A stretch of DNA of 64,000 nt from Spirogloea muscicola (Eukaryota). The DNA lies in assembly GCA_009602725.1 (NCBI GenBank), contig WELB01000018.1, forward strand, positions 352,524-416,523, written 5' to 3'. Made by a program: the position numbers and the translations under genes. Below, piece after piece: positions 12,327-24,195 of this stretch (position 1 is its first letter; each line of letters begins with the position of its first letter). Below the pieces are notes generated by a model, which ran no database searches, was not told the origin of the DNA, and saw nothing but the letters and a program-made list of their open reading frames with translations.

Positions 12327-13796
12327 CTAGTCGTCCCTGTGCGCGTCAAAAAAGGAGGACAACCGAAAGGCCCCCTTCTTGTCACCATTCTCCTTCCGGC
12401 GACTGACATCATCCCTGCCACCGTCACGGCCGCTGCTGCTGGTGCTATTGCTGCCTGGGGAGGCCTGATGCTTGCGCCGCTTGCGCCCCTGGTCCTTGTC
12501 TCTCCGGGCTCGTCGCTTCTCCTTGCGCTTCCGCTCGTCGCTCTCGGACTCGTCAGTCTCGGACTCGGAGCCTGACTCCGACCGCTGCCGGTCCTTCCTC
12601 TGCAGCCAAAGGCGCCACCAGAGCATAGGTGAGACATCCAAAGTGCGGCATCAACAGCCTGGACTGGCGGCGGCCTGCGGCAGCATCGGCAGGAGCATTG
12701 TCGAGCGCAGGCACATGGGCACGCCCAAGTGTGGCTTGCTGCACGCTAGTAGCGGCCGCTCTGCTCCCGCACCTTGCGCCCTTTGTCGCCCTTACGTAGC
12801 TCCCGGCTCTTGTCCTTTTTCTCTGCGCCCCAAGCCAAGACACCGGCATCAGAACTGCGGCAGGGGCGCATTAATTGCTCAAACCGCATCAGTGAAAGAC
12901 CAGGGTATCAGTCAAATGTACACTGCTTGGAGCACTCACTCTTCTTGGAGCGGTCGCGCTTGCTGTCACTGCGGTCCTTCTTGTCGGCGAGCTTGGGGCG
13001 CTTGTCAGCGTGGTTGCGGCCACGCGCGAGCTTGGCCTGCCGCTCCGCATCCAGCTGCATGCGGTACTCCCTCATCCGCGCCGACTCCTCGCCCGCCAGG
13101 TCCTCGTTCCGCTTGGCCTCCTCCTGCACAGAAGAGCATCAGCCCGCTGCAAGTATTCAGCATTTTGCATCGGCAATTGACATCTGCTGAACGACTAAGG
13201 CAGCGAGCAGCATCGACCAACAACTGCTAAACAGATGGCCCATAGTAATGCAGCAGCACAACGGCGGCTGTGGGGCGGCGAGCGGCGCACCTTCTGCTTG
13301 GCCTTCCACTCCTCCCACGTGAGCGTGGAGGAGGTCTGGAGCGAGGCGAGGCGCGCCGCATGCCACTCTGGTGAATGGAACGATCCGTCCGTCTGCCACA
13401 GCCTCTGGTCAGTGTGCGGCCCCAAGTCGACGACAACGACACGACGACACAGCGGCTCGACGACGACGGCGGCGGCACTGGCCGGCAACGACGAGCACGA
13501 CCCACAACGACAGGCGTCCTCAGCAGCGGACACGACGATGTGGGCGGTGGCGGCATTGCCGCCGCGGGCAGCAGGATGCCATTGCCGGAGCGCGAGCGGC
13601 GAGCAAGCTAAGACTCAATGGAACGTGGGCGCCCACAGGAGCAGCGGCGCGGGCGCAGGGGATAAGGTGCGGCGGCCGGGTTGAGTGGCGGGCGTACAAA
13701 TCCGTCGTTGACCTCCTCCTCGCCGGGCGCCGTGCCGGCCGAGTGCGCCGCCATCTTCGCCCGCTGCGCCTGCTTGTACTGCTGGTTCTTCCCCAT
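12327..13796 (-). CDS. Conserved plant Lys/Arg/Ser-rich protein (FAM133-like), 4 exons
   Basis: MGKNQQYKQAQRAK / TDGSFHSPEWHAARLASLQTSSTLTWEEWKAKQK / MREYRMQLDAERQAKLARGRNH / RS- and K-rich tail ending FRLSSFFDAHRDD*. Matches a plant family recalled from memory; the family name is tentative. Confidence 0.75.
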
Positions 13797-13837
13797 GGCT
13801 GCCTCCCCCCCTCCCCGCCCTCCCTCCTCCCGCACCG

Positions 13838-13881
<44 letters not shown>

Positions 13882-14036
13882 TGCAGCCGCCCGCCGAGGC
13901 CCCTTACTCCCGGCCAGCGGCGGCGGACCCTGGGCCCCTGCGGCTGCCTGGCTGGCCTAATGCTGGCCTCAGCTCGACCGAGGCTCGAGACCTTCTGGAG
14001 GAGACTGCTGATGAGGGCCTTCCTGGCGCACTGCAG

Positions 14037-14112
14037 TGCGGGATCGTGGACTGGAAGTTCTGGCTGGCGCTCATCCTCACGATCTTCGCCTGGGTTCCTG
14101 GCATCATCTTCG
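14037..14112 (+). CDS. Internal exon of a Pmp3/RCI2 (UPF0057) small hydrophobic membrane protein; rest not recoverable (gap)
   Basis: CAG|CGIVDWKFWLALILTIFAWVPGIIF|GTAAT resembles the family motif C...EFWIxLLLTILGYxPGIIYA. Confidence 0.6.
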
Positions 14113-14464
14113 GTAATNNNNNNNNNNNNNNNNNNNNNNNNNNNNNNNNNNNNNNNNNNNNNNNNNNNNNNNNNNNNNNNNNNNNNNNNNNNNNNNNNNN
14201 NNNNNNNNNNNNNNNNNNNNNNNNNNNNNNNNNNNNNNNNNNNNNNNNNNNNNNNNNNNNNNNNNNNNNNNNNNNNNNNNNNNNNNNNNNNNNNNNNNNN
14301 NNNNNNNNNNNNNNNNNNNNNNNNNNNNNNNNNNNNNNNNNNNNNNNNNNNNNNNNNNNNNNNNNNNNNNNNNNNNNNNNNNNNNNNNNNNNNNNNNNNN
14401 NNNNNNNNNNNNNNNNNNNNNNNNNNNNNNNNNNNNNNNNNNNNNNNNNNNNNNNNNNNNNNNN

Positions 14465-16273
14465 ACGGCGGCGGAGGAGGCGGGCCGCGCGGCCGCCTGC
14501 GCGGGCTGCCCCAACCAGGAGGCCTGCGCCACCGCGCCCAAGGGGCCCGACCCAGGCCGGCGCCGCCACCCCCCCCTCCTTCCTATTGCTGATTCGTTTA
14601 TCTGGGCTGGCCACCCACAGCCATAGCCCTCTACTAGAGGATTCTTTCTCCTCATTGCTGACAGTGGGGGTGCTGAGAGCGGCCTGCCTGCCTTAGCCTC
14701 TGGCTCCGCTAACATGGCCATGGACGCCCCTCTGCATGCACCTGTGCTGGCCTTCACAGCCGCTCTCACAATATCAGTCGCTCTGCAGCTGACGCGCAGC
14801 TGACGCTTCTGCTGCTGCGTCGCCGGCGACGCACAGACCTGCAGGCGATTGCGGACCGCATGGCTGCGGTGCGGCACAAGCTGCTGGTGCTGTCGGGCAA
14901 GGGCGGCGTCGGCAAGAGCACCTTCGCGGCGCAGCTGTCCTTTGCGCTGGCCGCCCGCGACAAGCAGGTGAGAGCCAGCGTACCGCGCTGCCGCCGCCAC
15001 CGCGTCGCCTGCTCAGTTGGCCAACTCGAAAGCGCCGAGGTTGAGCCCACGAGGTGGCGGCGTTTGCGCAGGTCGGGCTGCTGGACATCGACATCTGCGG
15101 GCCGAGCGTGCCGCGCATGCTTGGGCTGGAGGGCGAGGAAATCCACCAAAGTGCTGCGGGCTGGTCGCCCGTGTTCGTCGACGACAACCTCGGCGTCATG
15201 TCCATAGGCTTCATGCTGCCCGACCCAGACGAGGCCGTTGTCTGGCGGGGGCCCCGCAAGAATGGCCTCATCAAGCAGGTCAGTCCTGCTGCCCAGGCAG
15301 TGGCCAGTGTTCCACCACCCTTCACATCGTCGTGGCTGTCAGCCAGCACTGACAATATTGCTGAACTATTGGATAGTCCATCGCAGAACTAATTTTCTAC
15401 TTGTATCAAATCTATGTCAATGATGTAGGCTGTCATTCCAAAAAGCTAACTGGTGTTGTCTACTCTTCATGAATTATTTGGTGTTGGCCATTCGGATTTT
15501 TTTTGCGCAGTTCCTGAAGGACGTTGACTGGGGCGAGCTGGACTACCTGGTTGTTGATGCACCACCTGGGACATCAGACGAGCACATCTCCATTGCACAG
15601 TACCTCAAGGCCACCGGCGTGGACGGCGCCATCATTGTCACCACACCGCAGGAGGTGGCGCTCATTGATGTCCGTAAGGAGATCAACTTCTGTAAGAAGG
15701 TGGGCATCCCTGTGCTGGGCGTGGTGGAGAACATGGCTGGCCTGGAAATGCCGCTTGCCGCCTTCACCTTCCGTGAGCACCGCCTCGATGGCGAGGAGGG
15801 CGCCAATATCACCGAGCAAGTTCTTGCCGAGCTTCAGAAGGTGCATCACTTGGAGCTTCATGCCAGGCCAAAGTAACATCTACATGCTGTATCTTCGTGT
15901 TGCACCATTGTCTTAAGTCATCAGATAATGAGTGGTAGCGCTCATGTGCCTCGCGCCCCTTTCCTCGCTGCGGTGTGTACAGGTGGCACCACACCTCCTG
16001 GCAGGCGTAACGGCGACCACAGAGGTCTTCTATGCAGCCGCTGGCGGCGCAGAGGCCATGGCCCGTCGCATGTGCGTTCCGTTCCTTGGCCGAGTGCCCC
16101 TGGACCCTGCGCTGAGCCGCGCCGCCGAGGAGGGCCGCCCCTGCTTCGCTGTCAGTGCGGAGGGGCCAGGGATGTCGACACCTAGTGCTGCTGCACTGCA
16201 GCGGATAATCAAGCGGCTCCTTACTGCAATTGAGGGCATCGCACCAATGACAAACAGGACCTTAGCACATTAG
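14465..16273 (+). CDS. NBP35: Cytosolic Fe-S cluster assembly factor NBP35 (start in gap)
   Basis: N-terminal [21 protein letters not shown]-loop [74 protein letters not shown]. Exons ~14465-14555, 14837-14967, 15072-15278, 15511-15840, 15983-16273. Confidence 0.95.
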
Positions 16274-16946
16274 CTGGGCTTCCGACAATTTTGGCGTGGC
16301 CGCCTCGTCGCCTGTTTTGGCCTGCTCGAGCAACTTGTACAGACCCGAAGCTCCTCAGGGCCAGATACCCAGCACTCATCTTAGGAAGGCAGTGGTAGCT
16401 GCTGTGTCTCTTGCTAGGCATTCACTGCACAAGGATCTGTGCTCCAGCTTTGGCCCATCAACCTGCTTCTGTTCCCTTGAGCTGTGTTGCCCATGTGGAA
16501 ATACAAGAGGCATAAGTGCTAGTTCCGTGTAATTCCAACACTGTTCTCTCTGAGTCACCCTCCAGGGTTCCTTAGACAAAAGTAGTACCGTTGTCCAGCT
16601 ACCTTTCTTCAGGATAGACCACAGCCTTGTTGTATCAACCATTGACAACATAGCAGCAGTTGGTGTCATGCTCTGAATATGTCTTGTACAATGACAGCAT
16701 GAGAGCTTCCACTTGTTGAGGCCCAAGCCTCACCGGGACATAATTTTTGTTGTTGTAATTGACCCTGAGGTAGACAAGTCTATTGTCTTAATACAGGCAA
16801 GACGATATCTCACATTTACTTCACTGAGGCTGCATAAGCTCTCCCAGATCTGTGTTTGTAGAGTGTGCACTCAAGAATGAATCTGTGAAGTAGCAGTCAA
16901 TTGACTGGCCACGCGTAAGCAAGTTGCTGTTGGGGCACAAGCGCGC

Positions 16947-19560
16947 TCACACCTGGGTTTGTTTATTAGGAGCACGCTCCAAAGATGGCAATCTGACGCT
17001 CTCAAGACCGCCCCCCATAGCTCCAAGCGGATGCACATCAGCATCGCCACCTGCCACCGCTGGCGCAAGTGCGAGGCCGCACTTCCCGTGGCTCAGGGCA
17101 TAGAAGACCCTGCACACAGAATATGCTGGATACGACTGCCATGAGCTCAAAGACCATCAGATAGGACATTGAACAACCAAATAACAACACAAAAAGAAGA
17201 CAATATGGGACAAGCAAGTGCGCCGAAGTCAGGCTGTGCATACTGACCGCTCCAGATCCTTGAAGCGCGGTGCACGGATAGACATGGGCACACGCAGCCA
17301 CCTATCATCACGTGGGCCTAGCAGGCCACTGACATCCTGGCTGGCAAGAATCTGCATGACAGTGTGCGGCACATGGCCACATTCAGTGGAGCCTCAACAA
17401 TGCTAACCTCAAGGACCAGCTTGTCCTTATCGGGAGAAGACCTTGTTGACACTTCATCAGCAGCTAATTCACCGGCAAGTGGGTAACCAGCCTTGACTCA
17501 GTGGCAACTGTGTCACTGTACATTGTCATCGGTGGAGACAGACAGGGCTTCTCCTTGCCAGCCTGCCACAGACTGAAGCATGCAAGCGGGCATAGGGGCA
17601 CTGGCCTCCTTCCAGAGGCGCACGTCCCCCGAGTAGAAGAGCAAGTCGGCGCAGCGCACCTCCTCCTTCCACTCCCTCAGCTTCTGCTCGGCATGACAGA
17701 CGCAGTTCAAGCAAAGTAGCCACAGATACGGCCTCAAAAATCGTTGACATTGTGTCAAGGTTGACAAGAACTGCTCACTTGCAGGCAGACACAGGTGAAG
17801 TCTTGCCAGGGAAGTCTTGGATATATGTGCACGCTAGTCAAGCTGGGCACTTCAATAAGCTGAGGACTGCTTGCCTCTGCGATCCGATGAACAAACCGCC
17901 GTGCCTCCTGTACACGCAGGCCGCCGCCTGCGGACATGCGGCCAGCGCTCCCGCCCTGCCTCAAGTGCTTCAGCTGCGATTTGCCCTGCTTTGCTCGGAT
18001 GGTGTATGCCGTCACGACCTGTCCAACCATTTCGTGGCATTGATCAGTTTTGACAGCTGCTGGACGCTTCTTTGCTGTTATTCATCACCTGCCTAAGCTG
18101 CCAGTCAACCACATTCCGGTAGAGTGCTTGGCACCAACAATATGCATGGAATGACTTTGTCCAGCTTTGAGGCTCACAGTGTATAGAGAACATCTAGTAG
18201 AAGTAAGAAGTACATATAAGGTTTGAAGTAGCGCTGCGTGCGGCGGGAGCATGAAGCCTTGATGAAGGTAGAATAGATGCGACAAATACAAATATTCTCC
18301 TGAATAGAGATGGCTCAGGGAGGCGCTAGCGCGCTGTGGACCTTGTGTGCAACCAGCTGGCCATCAGAGAAAGTGCCAAGGGCTGCTGAGTCGGCCGCGA
18401 GAAGGACAAGGAGGTGCCGCAGCGGCTGGCCGCTGGCTCGCGCACGCCTCTCCTGCAGGTCCGCTAGGAACCTGCCCACATTACTTGCAAGCGGAGAGGG
18501 AGTCAGACTGTGGTCTCCAGCATATTGAAGACCACAGGTTCTCAATCTCCAAAGTGCATATGGAGGCTATCATTGTAGAGGCTAACATGTTATGGCTTTG
18601 GGCACAAGAGGAAGTACTCGCCCGGGTTGGCCGCAGCGTGGGGCAGCGGCTGGATCCTTGGCAGGTGGAACTCAAACCGCATCCGTTGTGGTATAGGCAG
18701 CGCTCCGGTGCTCGGCGGAAAAGCCTGGCAGCACGAGGGCGACCGCAAGCACCTTGTGCTTCCATCTAAGTGTGGGTTTTGACTGTAAACGAGGTCAATA
18801 TTGGATTCCGGACTGCTGCTAAGATAGAGGGCTTCAGGGTTGTCGTTCTTAGGGGCAGTCATGCCCGTATCATATGCAACAGATTAATTATATCCAGTTA
18901 GCAATTTATTAACCAGATTGTTATTTATTGTCATTCTCTGCGCGTACCTCCACGAAGGCCCCCGCTTCAGCGACGAGGCTGTCGGCGCCGCGCTCGCGCA
19001 GCACGGCGTACAGGGCGTCGCCCGTGTCCCGCCACGAGAAGCGGCGCCACCGGCCTCCTCCTCTCACGCTGCCGCCAGCGGCAACCCCATCGCCGCCATC
19101 CTCATCCTCATCCTCCGCCTCCCAGCAGCCGGGGCTCTCCCGTGAGCCTCCTCCATGCTCAACGCTGCCTGTGGCCGGGGCTCCGAGGCGGCCATGGAAG
19201 CTGTTGACAGCGTCCGCATGAAGCGCAGTCCCTCTGCTCCCCCGAGCGCCATTGTGCGTGGATGTCTCAGCCTCGGCTGCTGAGCTCGACCACTCGCCTT
19301 GTGGCCGCTCCAGCAGCGGCAGCGGGTTCGACGTCAGCCAGGCCCCAAAGCCTCCGCCAGCCGGCTCGCCGCCGCCGCGCGGGGCCGGCGACGGCGGCGT
19401 GTGGCGCCGCCACCGGGCAAAAGACTGAGGAGCTATATGTAGCAGACACTGATCTTGCTGCAAATGTGCCTTTTTCCCCAACAGCTCGTCGATTTTCAAG
19501 CTTCGTCGTTGCCACCACCGTCTCCAAAATGAGCTCTCCACCTTTCTGGGCTTGCATGTC
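16947..19560 (-). CDS. Stand-alone VLRF1-family peptidyl-tRNA release factor, Bacteroidetes (bVLRF1)-like, spliced
   Basis: Spliced product: HLLVLLAADSAALGTFSDGQLVAHK|VVTAYTIRAKQGKSQLKHLRQ...SAGGGLRVQEARRFVHRIAE|KLREW...LLFYSGDVRLWKE|...DDRWLRVPMSIRAPRFKDLERVFYALSHG. Start codon uncertain. Confidence 0.78.
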
Positions 19561-20162
19561 AACCTCCTCTCTATCTTCTAGGGGGCTGGCTCGTCACAGC
19601 TACCGCCCTTCACAAGAAGCAGCGTCTTTCAGTGACCGCATCATTCACGAGCTCATCAACGAACTCGACTTGAGCGGCTTGCTTACTCTGCGGCGCCATC
19701 TTGCCCAAGCTCGTAGGTCAACCTCCTCTTCTGCACCAGCCATTGCCAGCGTTCCACAGCAGTTGTCCTTGGCGTCAAAGCCCACGAAGCATCAGCGCAC
19801 GTCATTCCATGGTTGATATCAGATCTTCATGCACCTCTGTATCGCTCAAGGAGACCTACTTGCACATCTGAGCATGAAATGTTGCACAAAGTCCCAGACA
19901 CTTTTTGCCAGTGGTATATAAGATGCTCTTGAAGCATGCAAGGAAAGTGATCGCAGGATACATGAAGTATAGTCTCATGCTGTTGGCGCCTTTCGGCCCT
20001 TTCGGACCTTGTAATTCCCTCTGGGCTGGCCTCTCTCAGCCATTGCCATAAATAAATTGGAAGTGCTATTCCCTTTTTCCTAAGGCTCCTAGCCGTTGCG
20101 AGATTCGAAGCTACATCCGCTTACAGCCCATTGACGCCGCCGCAGCCGCCGTCGCCGCCGCC

Positions 20163-22575
20163 ATGGACGACGTTGCCGCCGCCGGCCCCGCCGCCGCCGC
20201 CGGCGGCCGCAGCTTCGCGGGGCACGACCTCAACGTGCCGTACCACGCCGGCGCCGGCGCCATCGCCGCAGTCAGCTGGGCAGCCCAGTCTCAGCGGCCG
20301 CTGTGACCATCAATGCCATGCGCTGAGTCGCCGACGCCATGGCTCGCGGCGGGCTGCGGCAGTCCGCCATTGGCCATGTGCACATTGGGCAGGCTGCTGG
20401 GCGGTCGAGTGCCCCTCTCTCATGGCTTGTCTCCGCTTTCTGGCCTTGGCCTCAGCTGGGCGGTGGCGGCGGCGGCGGCAGCGGCGGCGGCGGCGGAGGC
20501 TGCGGCGTCAAGCGGGAGCCAGTGGTGTATCAGTACGCGCTCGACGACGACGACGACGTCAACAACAGCCGGCGCGCGGTCGTGAAGCGCGATGGCCGCC
20601 CGGAGCCTTTCATGGTGAGGGGCGCCTGCCAGCCTCGCCGGCTCGCAGCACCATGTTGCTGTCGCAGTCGCTGCCGCTCTGCCAACAGGAGCGTGGCGCG
20701 GGCCGTCGTGGCCCCGTCCATGACCCCGCGCCTCGCCTGCCGCGTCTCTAGCGGCCCGCCAGTTGGGCCGCGCAGGCCGGGGGGCGAGAAGGTACTCCCT
20801 CGGCAAAGACGGGGTCACGCTGCTCGCAGACTTCCACGTGCTTTCTGCGTCTCTCTGCGTCCTGTGGCAATGGCAATGGCACGCCACTTTTTTTTCTGGC
20901 GGGGTGCGCTTCTGCAGTTAGTCTGAAGCCTCTTGGCTGGCTGAGGCGGCTCGGCAGGTCACAGAGCGACAACGGGAAGTGGCGCGGCAGCGATTGCGGC
21001 CAACGGGGTCACGCAGGTGGGTGCCGTTCACAAGAGCTGCACACAGCAGTCCGTTGTTGTCATGAGCTCCCATCAGCAGGTCCATTCAAGTCCGCAAAAG
21101 CAGATAGAACTAGATAGATTGAGAATTTGTCACCTTCAATTAGATAATTGAAGCTGGGAACCTTCTCTTTGGCACATCCTAGTATCATGTGTCACGAAGC
21201 GCGGCTGTTAGCTTACATATATATTGTTCGGGTGGTTGTTGTTGAGTACTTCTTATCAATGGTGAGTACTGCTCACTCTAACTCATCTAGGGCCCTGCTC
21301 GCTGGTCTGCTCCTGGCCTCAGGATCTTCTCGACTCAGCGGAGCGCAAGCGAAAGAGGGAGGCTGGGGAGGCAGCGCCATCTCAGGCCGCTGCCACCGCC
21401 AACCTCTCGCGGCCCGGCTGGCAGGCGCTAGGCCACTTGCCATCCACCACTACAGACATCATGCGCATCAGTGGCGGCACTTCCAACGAGCAACCAGTGG
21501 ACGAAGAGTATGACGAGGTACTGACAACACTCGGTTGCTCAGCATGGACAAGATTGAAAACTGCTTTATGCTGCTTGTAGTGAAAGTCTGGTCAGTATGT
21601 TTGACTGAATTGATTATCTCATTAAAAGTCTGCCCGGGTGTTTCTGACAGGGACCCGACGAGGACTACAACGAGCCGAGCCCGAAGCAGAAGAAGGTTTG
21701 CACGTGCACAGCCATTTTCTCAAGTTGCCGAAAAGCTCAATACTGGAACTGCGGCAGGGTGAGGTGCAAGGAAAGCGAATTGCCTGATTATCTCCTTTGC
21801 TGAGACTGCCACTTTGGGCCTGGCCTTTGCAGGCACTCCTGAAGAAGTAGCAATTGCCGCAGACGGCGGCAACAGCAGAGTAGTCGAGGCATCTGACGAC
21901 TCGGAGCCGCCGTTAGGGGAGGATGACGACGAGGACGACCTGGAGGATGGGCCAGAGGGCGAGGAGGAGCCGACAACTGACCACCTGGTTTTGGCGCAAT
22001 TTGACAAGGTCCGAATGATCAATGCCCCGCATGCTGGCCCCAAGAGTAGCATCAGGGCAATCTGGATGGTCAACTTGAGCAACTTGTGGAGCTGACTTGG
22101 CGCTGCAATGCTCAGGTGTCAAGAGCCAAAACCAAGCCGAACAAGTGGAGATGCACGCTCAAGGACGGCATCATGAACCTCAATGGCAAAGATATCCTCT
22201 TTGTCCAGGTAAGAGGCAAGGCCCTTATTCTGCATATCATAGTACGTCATAGGTGCTGCCACTGCGTTAAGTAGCCAACAAAGGCATGTGGGCACTGTGG
22301 TGTGCCGCATCGGTACCACCGAAGCTGGGTGGCCAAGCACCAGATGCCTACAGAATCTGCACAGATGATTGTTAGTGCCACTTGCAGGTTCGGCACAGTA
22401 TGTGAGTACAAAATATCATACTCGGGCTCGATCTCTTATCTTGTACACTGCCCTTCAGGCCCAGGGAGAATTCGCGTGGGCAGCCTGGTGGCGAGCAAGC
22501 AAGTGCAACTCCCTTCACCAGCAAAACATTCTTCAGGCCTCTGCTGGCCACACTGCGAATTCGTTGGCCACCTGA
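20163..22575 (+). pseudogene. TFIIA large subunit-like copy 1, lacking alpha domain, frameshifted
   Basis: HDLNVPY, DGRPEPFM, HLVLAQFDKV, KWRCTLKDGIMNLNGKDILF. A 5-bp duplication (GAGCC GAGCC, ~21672) breaks exon phase relative to copy 2, and the terminal GEFEF* is replaced by a read-through tail. Confidence 0.72.
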
Positions 22576-23480
22576 ACTTCTTCCGGCCTTTCCTCCTTCC
22601 GCTGTTGGCCCTTCTAGCCTTCCCGTGTTCCTCCTGGACTACCAGCTCTTTGCGGCAGCTTCCCAGCAGCATCAGGAGCTTGTTGTGAAAGGCGCGTCGC
22701 TCAGGCAGCAGGGCTGCAATGGGGAGTTCTTTGTTCACAAGTGCCTCTAGCTGTATCGCATTCTGGTAGAATTGAGACTGCAGCCAGAGGCCTCGCTGGC
22801 AGTGGCCTACCAGGCCTCCGGGCGGGTCTGCAAAGATTGGTGGACAAATGTATGATCCACATAGATATCAACAAAGTTGCTACGCACCTCCTTATGGGCC
22901 GCCCCATCGAGCTGCCATTGCCCAGCTGCAACGATGCCGTGGCTCTTCAGAGACGGCGTCCGTCGTACAATCGACGCCAAGGCTGGCGTGGTCGCTCGAC
23001 TCGCATTGACTGCGAGGTGGAACCCCAGTGGTAGCTGCTGGACAGGCCCTGCCATCCTGCAATTTGATCAATGTGAGCAGCGGGAGAGAATACCGGAGTG
23101 GCGTGCGAGGGGTGTGTGCCTACTAAAGCAAGACAGAGACTCCTGGCAGTCAGACGCCGTGCAGCTAATGTCCTTGACCATACCCGCCTGGCTCGCAGTC
23201 TCCTGTGTCGAAGTACAAGGCCCATGTCGAGAAACTGCAAACTCCAGGGTTGGGGTGTGACACCTCACGGTCAGGTACTGCTGACCTCTCTGGGCAGCTG
23301 CGCTTCTGCTCCTCGCAGCTGGACTCTTGAGCCAGGACGTGAGATATTCCTTGGGAAGGCTGCTCCTCCTCTTGCAGGGCTGCTTGGGTCCTGAACCTAC
23401 AGAGGCCAGCACTCGAGTCCAGCAGCACGAGCTTGTGCCATGTTCACAGGCACGCCGAGGGCTTGTGGTAGGCCCCCAAG

Positions 23481-23625
23481 TGGCTACTGAGTGATTTGCA
23501 GCTGCTTTCTTCCTTTGTGTGCTTTGTTTTCTTAGCGCTTCCTCTGGCCTTCTTCTCGTACTTTGTTCATTCTTTTTTGGGCTGGCTTTTCCAGCCCCTA
23601 TCCTCAATGGGCGAGCCCTTCCCTA
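23481..23625 (+). mobile_element. Isolated 3' end of RLE non-LTR element at the distal edge of duplication unit 1
   Basis: Same sequence as follows the ...LLSRDY* / LLNRIY* ORF ends at 43171 and 37417, including GGGCTGGCTTTTCCAGCCC. Confidence 0.8.
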
Positions 23626-23639
23626 AGTGACCTGAGCCG

Positions 23640-23849
23640 ACGTAGCGGGCCGGATGGTTGCCACGGTTAGCCGGTGGCTCCCGGAGGAATTTCCTCGGGA
23701 GCGGTTGCGGCCGCGTCGGGATTTCCTCCGGGTAGGCGACCAAAGCCCCCTATATAAACAGCGGGGCCCTCCATTCCTGGCGCCCCCCGCCAGCCAGCCG
23801 CTGCCGCGGCGCCAGCGCGACGGCCATGGCGGCCCGCGGCGGCGGCGGC
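23640..23849 (+). promoter_or_regulatory. Orphan TATA promoter and start codon, truncated by a single-N join
   Basis: CCTATATAAAC at ~23749, GC-rich leader, GCCATGGCG at ~23823, then (GGC)n and N. Confidence 0.5.
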
Positions 23850-24195
23850 NATCAGATCTTCATGCACCTCTGTATCGCTCAAGGAGACCTACTTGCACAT
23901 CTGAGCATGAAATGTTGCACAAAGTCCCAGACACTTTTTGCCAGTGGTATATAAGATGCTCTTGAAGCATGCAAGGAAAGTGATCGCAGGATACATGAAG
24001 TATAGTCTCATGCTGTTGGCGCCTTTCGGCCCTTTCGGACCTTGTAATTCCCTCTGGGCTGGCCTCTCTCAGCCATTGCCATAAATAAATTGGAAGTGCT
24101 ATTCCCTTTTTCCTAAGGCTCCTAGCCGTTGCGAGATTCGAAGCTACATCCGCTTACAGCCCATTGACGCCGCCGCAGCCGCCGTCGCCGCCGCC

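Noticed and set aside
19986..20010. GCCTTTCGGCCCTTTCGG resembling the U2 snRNA 5' end
   Set aside because: No branch-point pairing GTGTAGTA or Sm site follows; it is part of a retroelement 3' UTR, also at 24018 and 38997.
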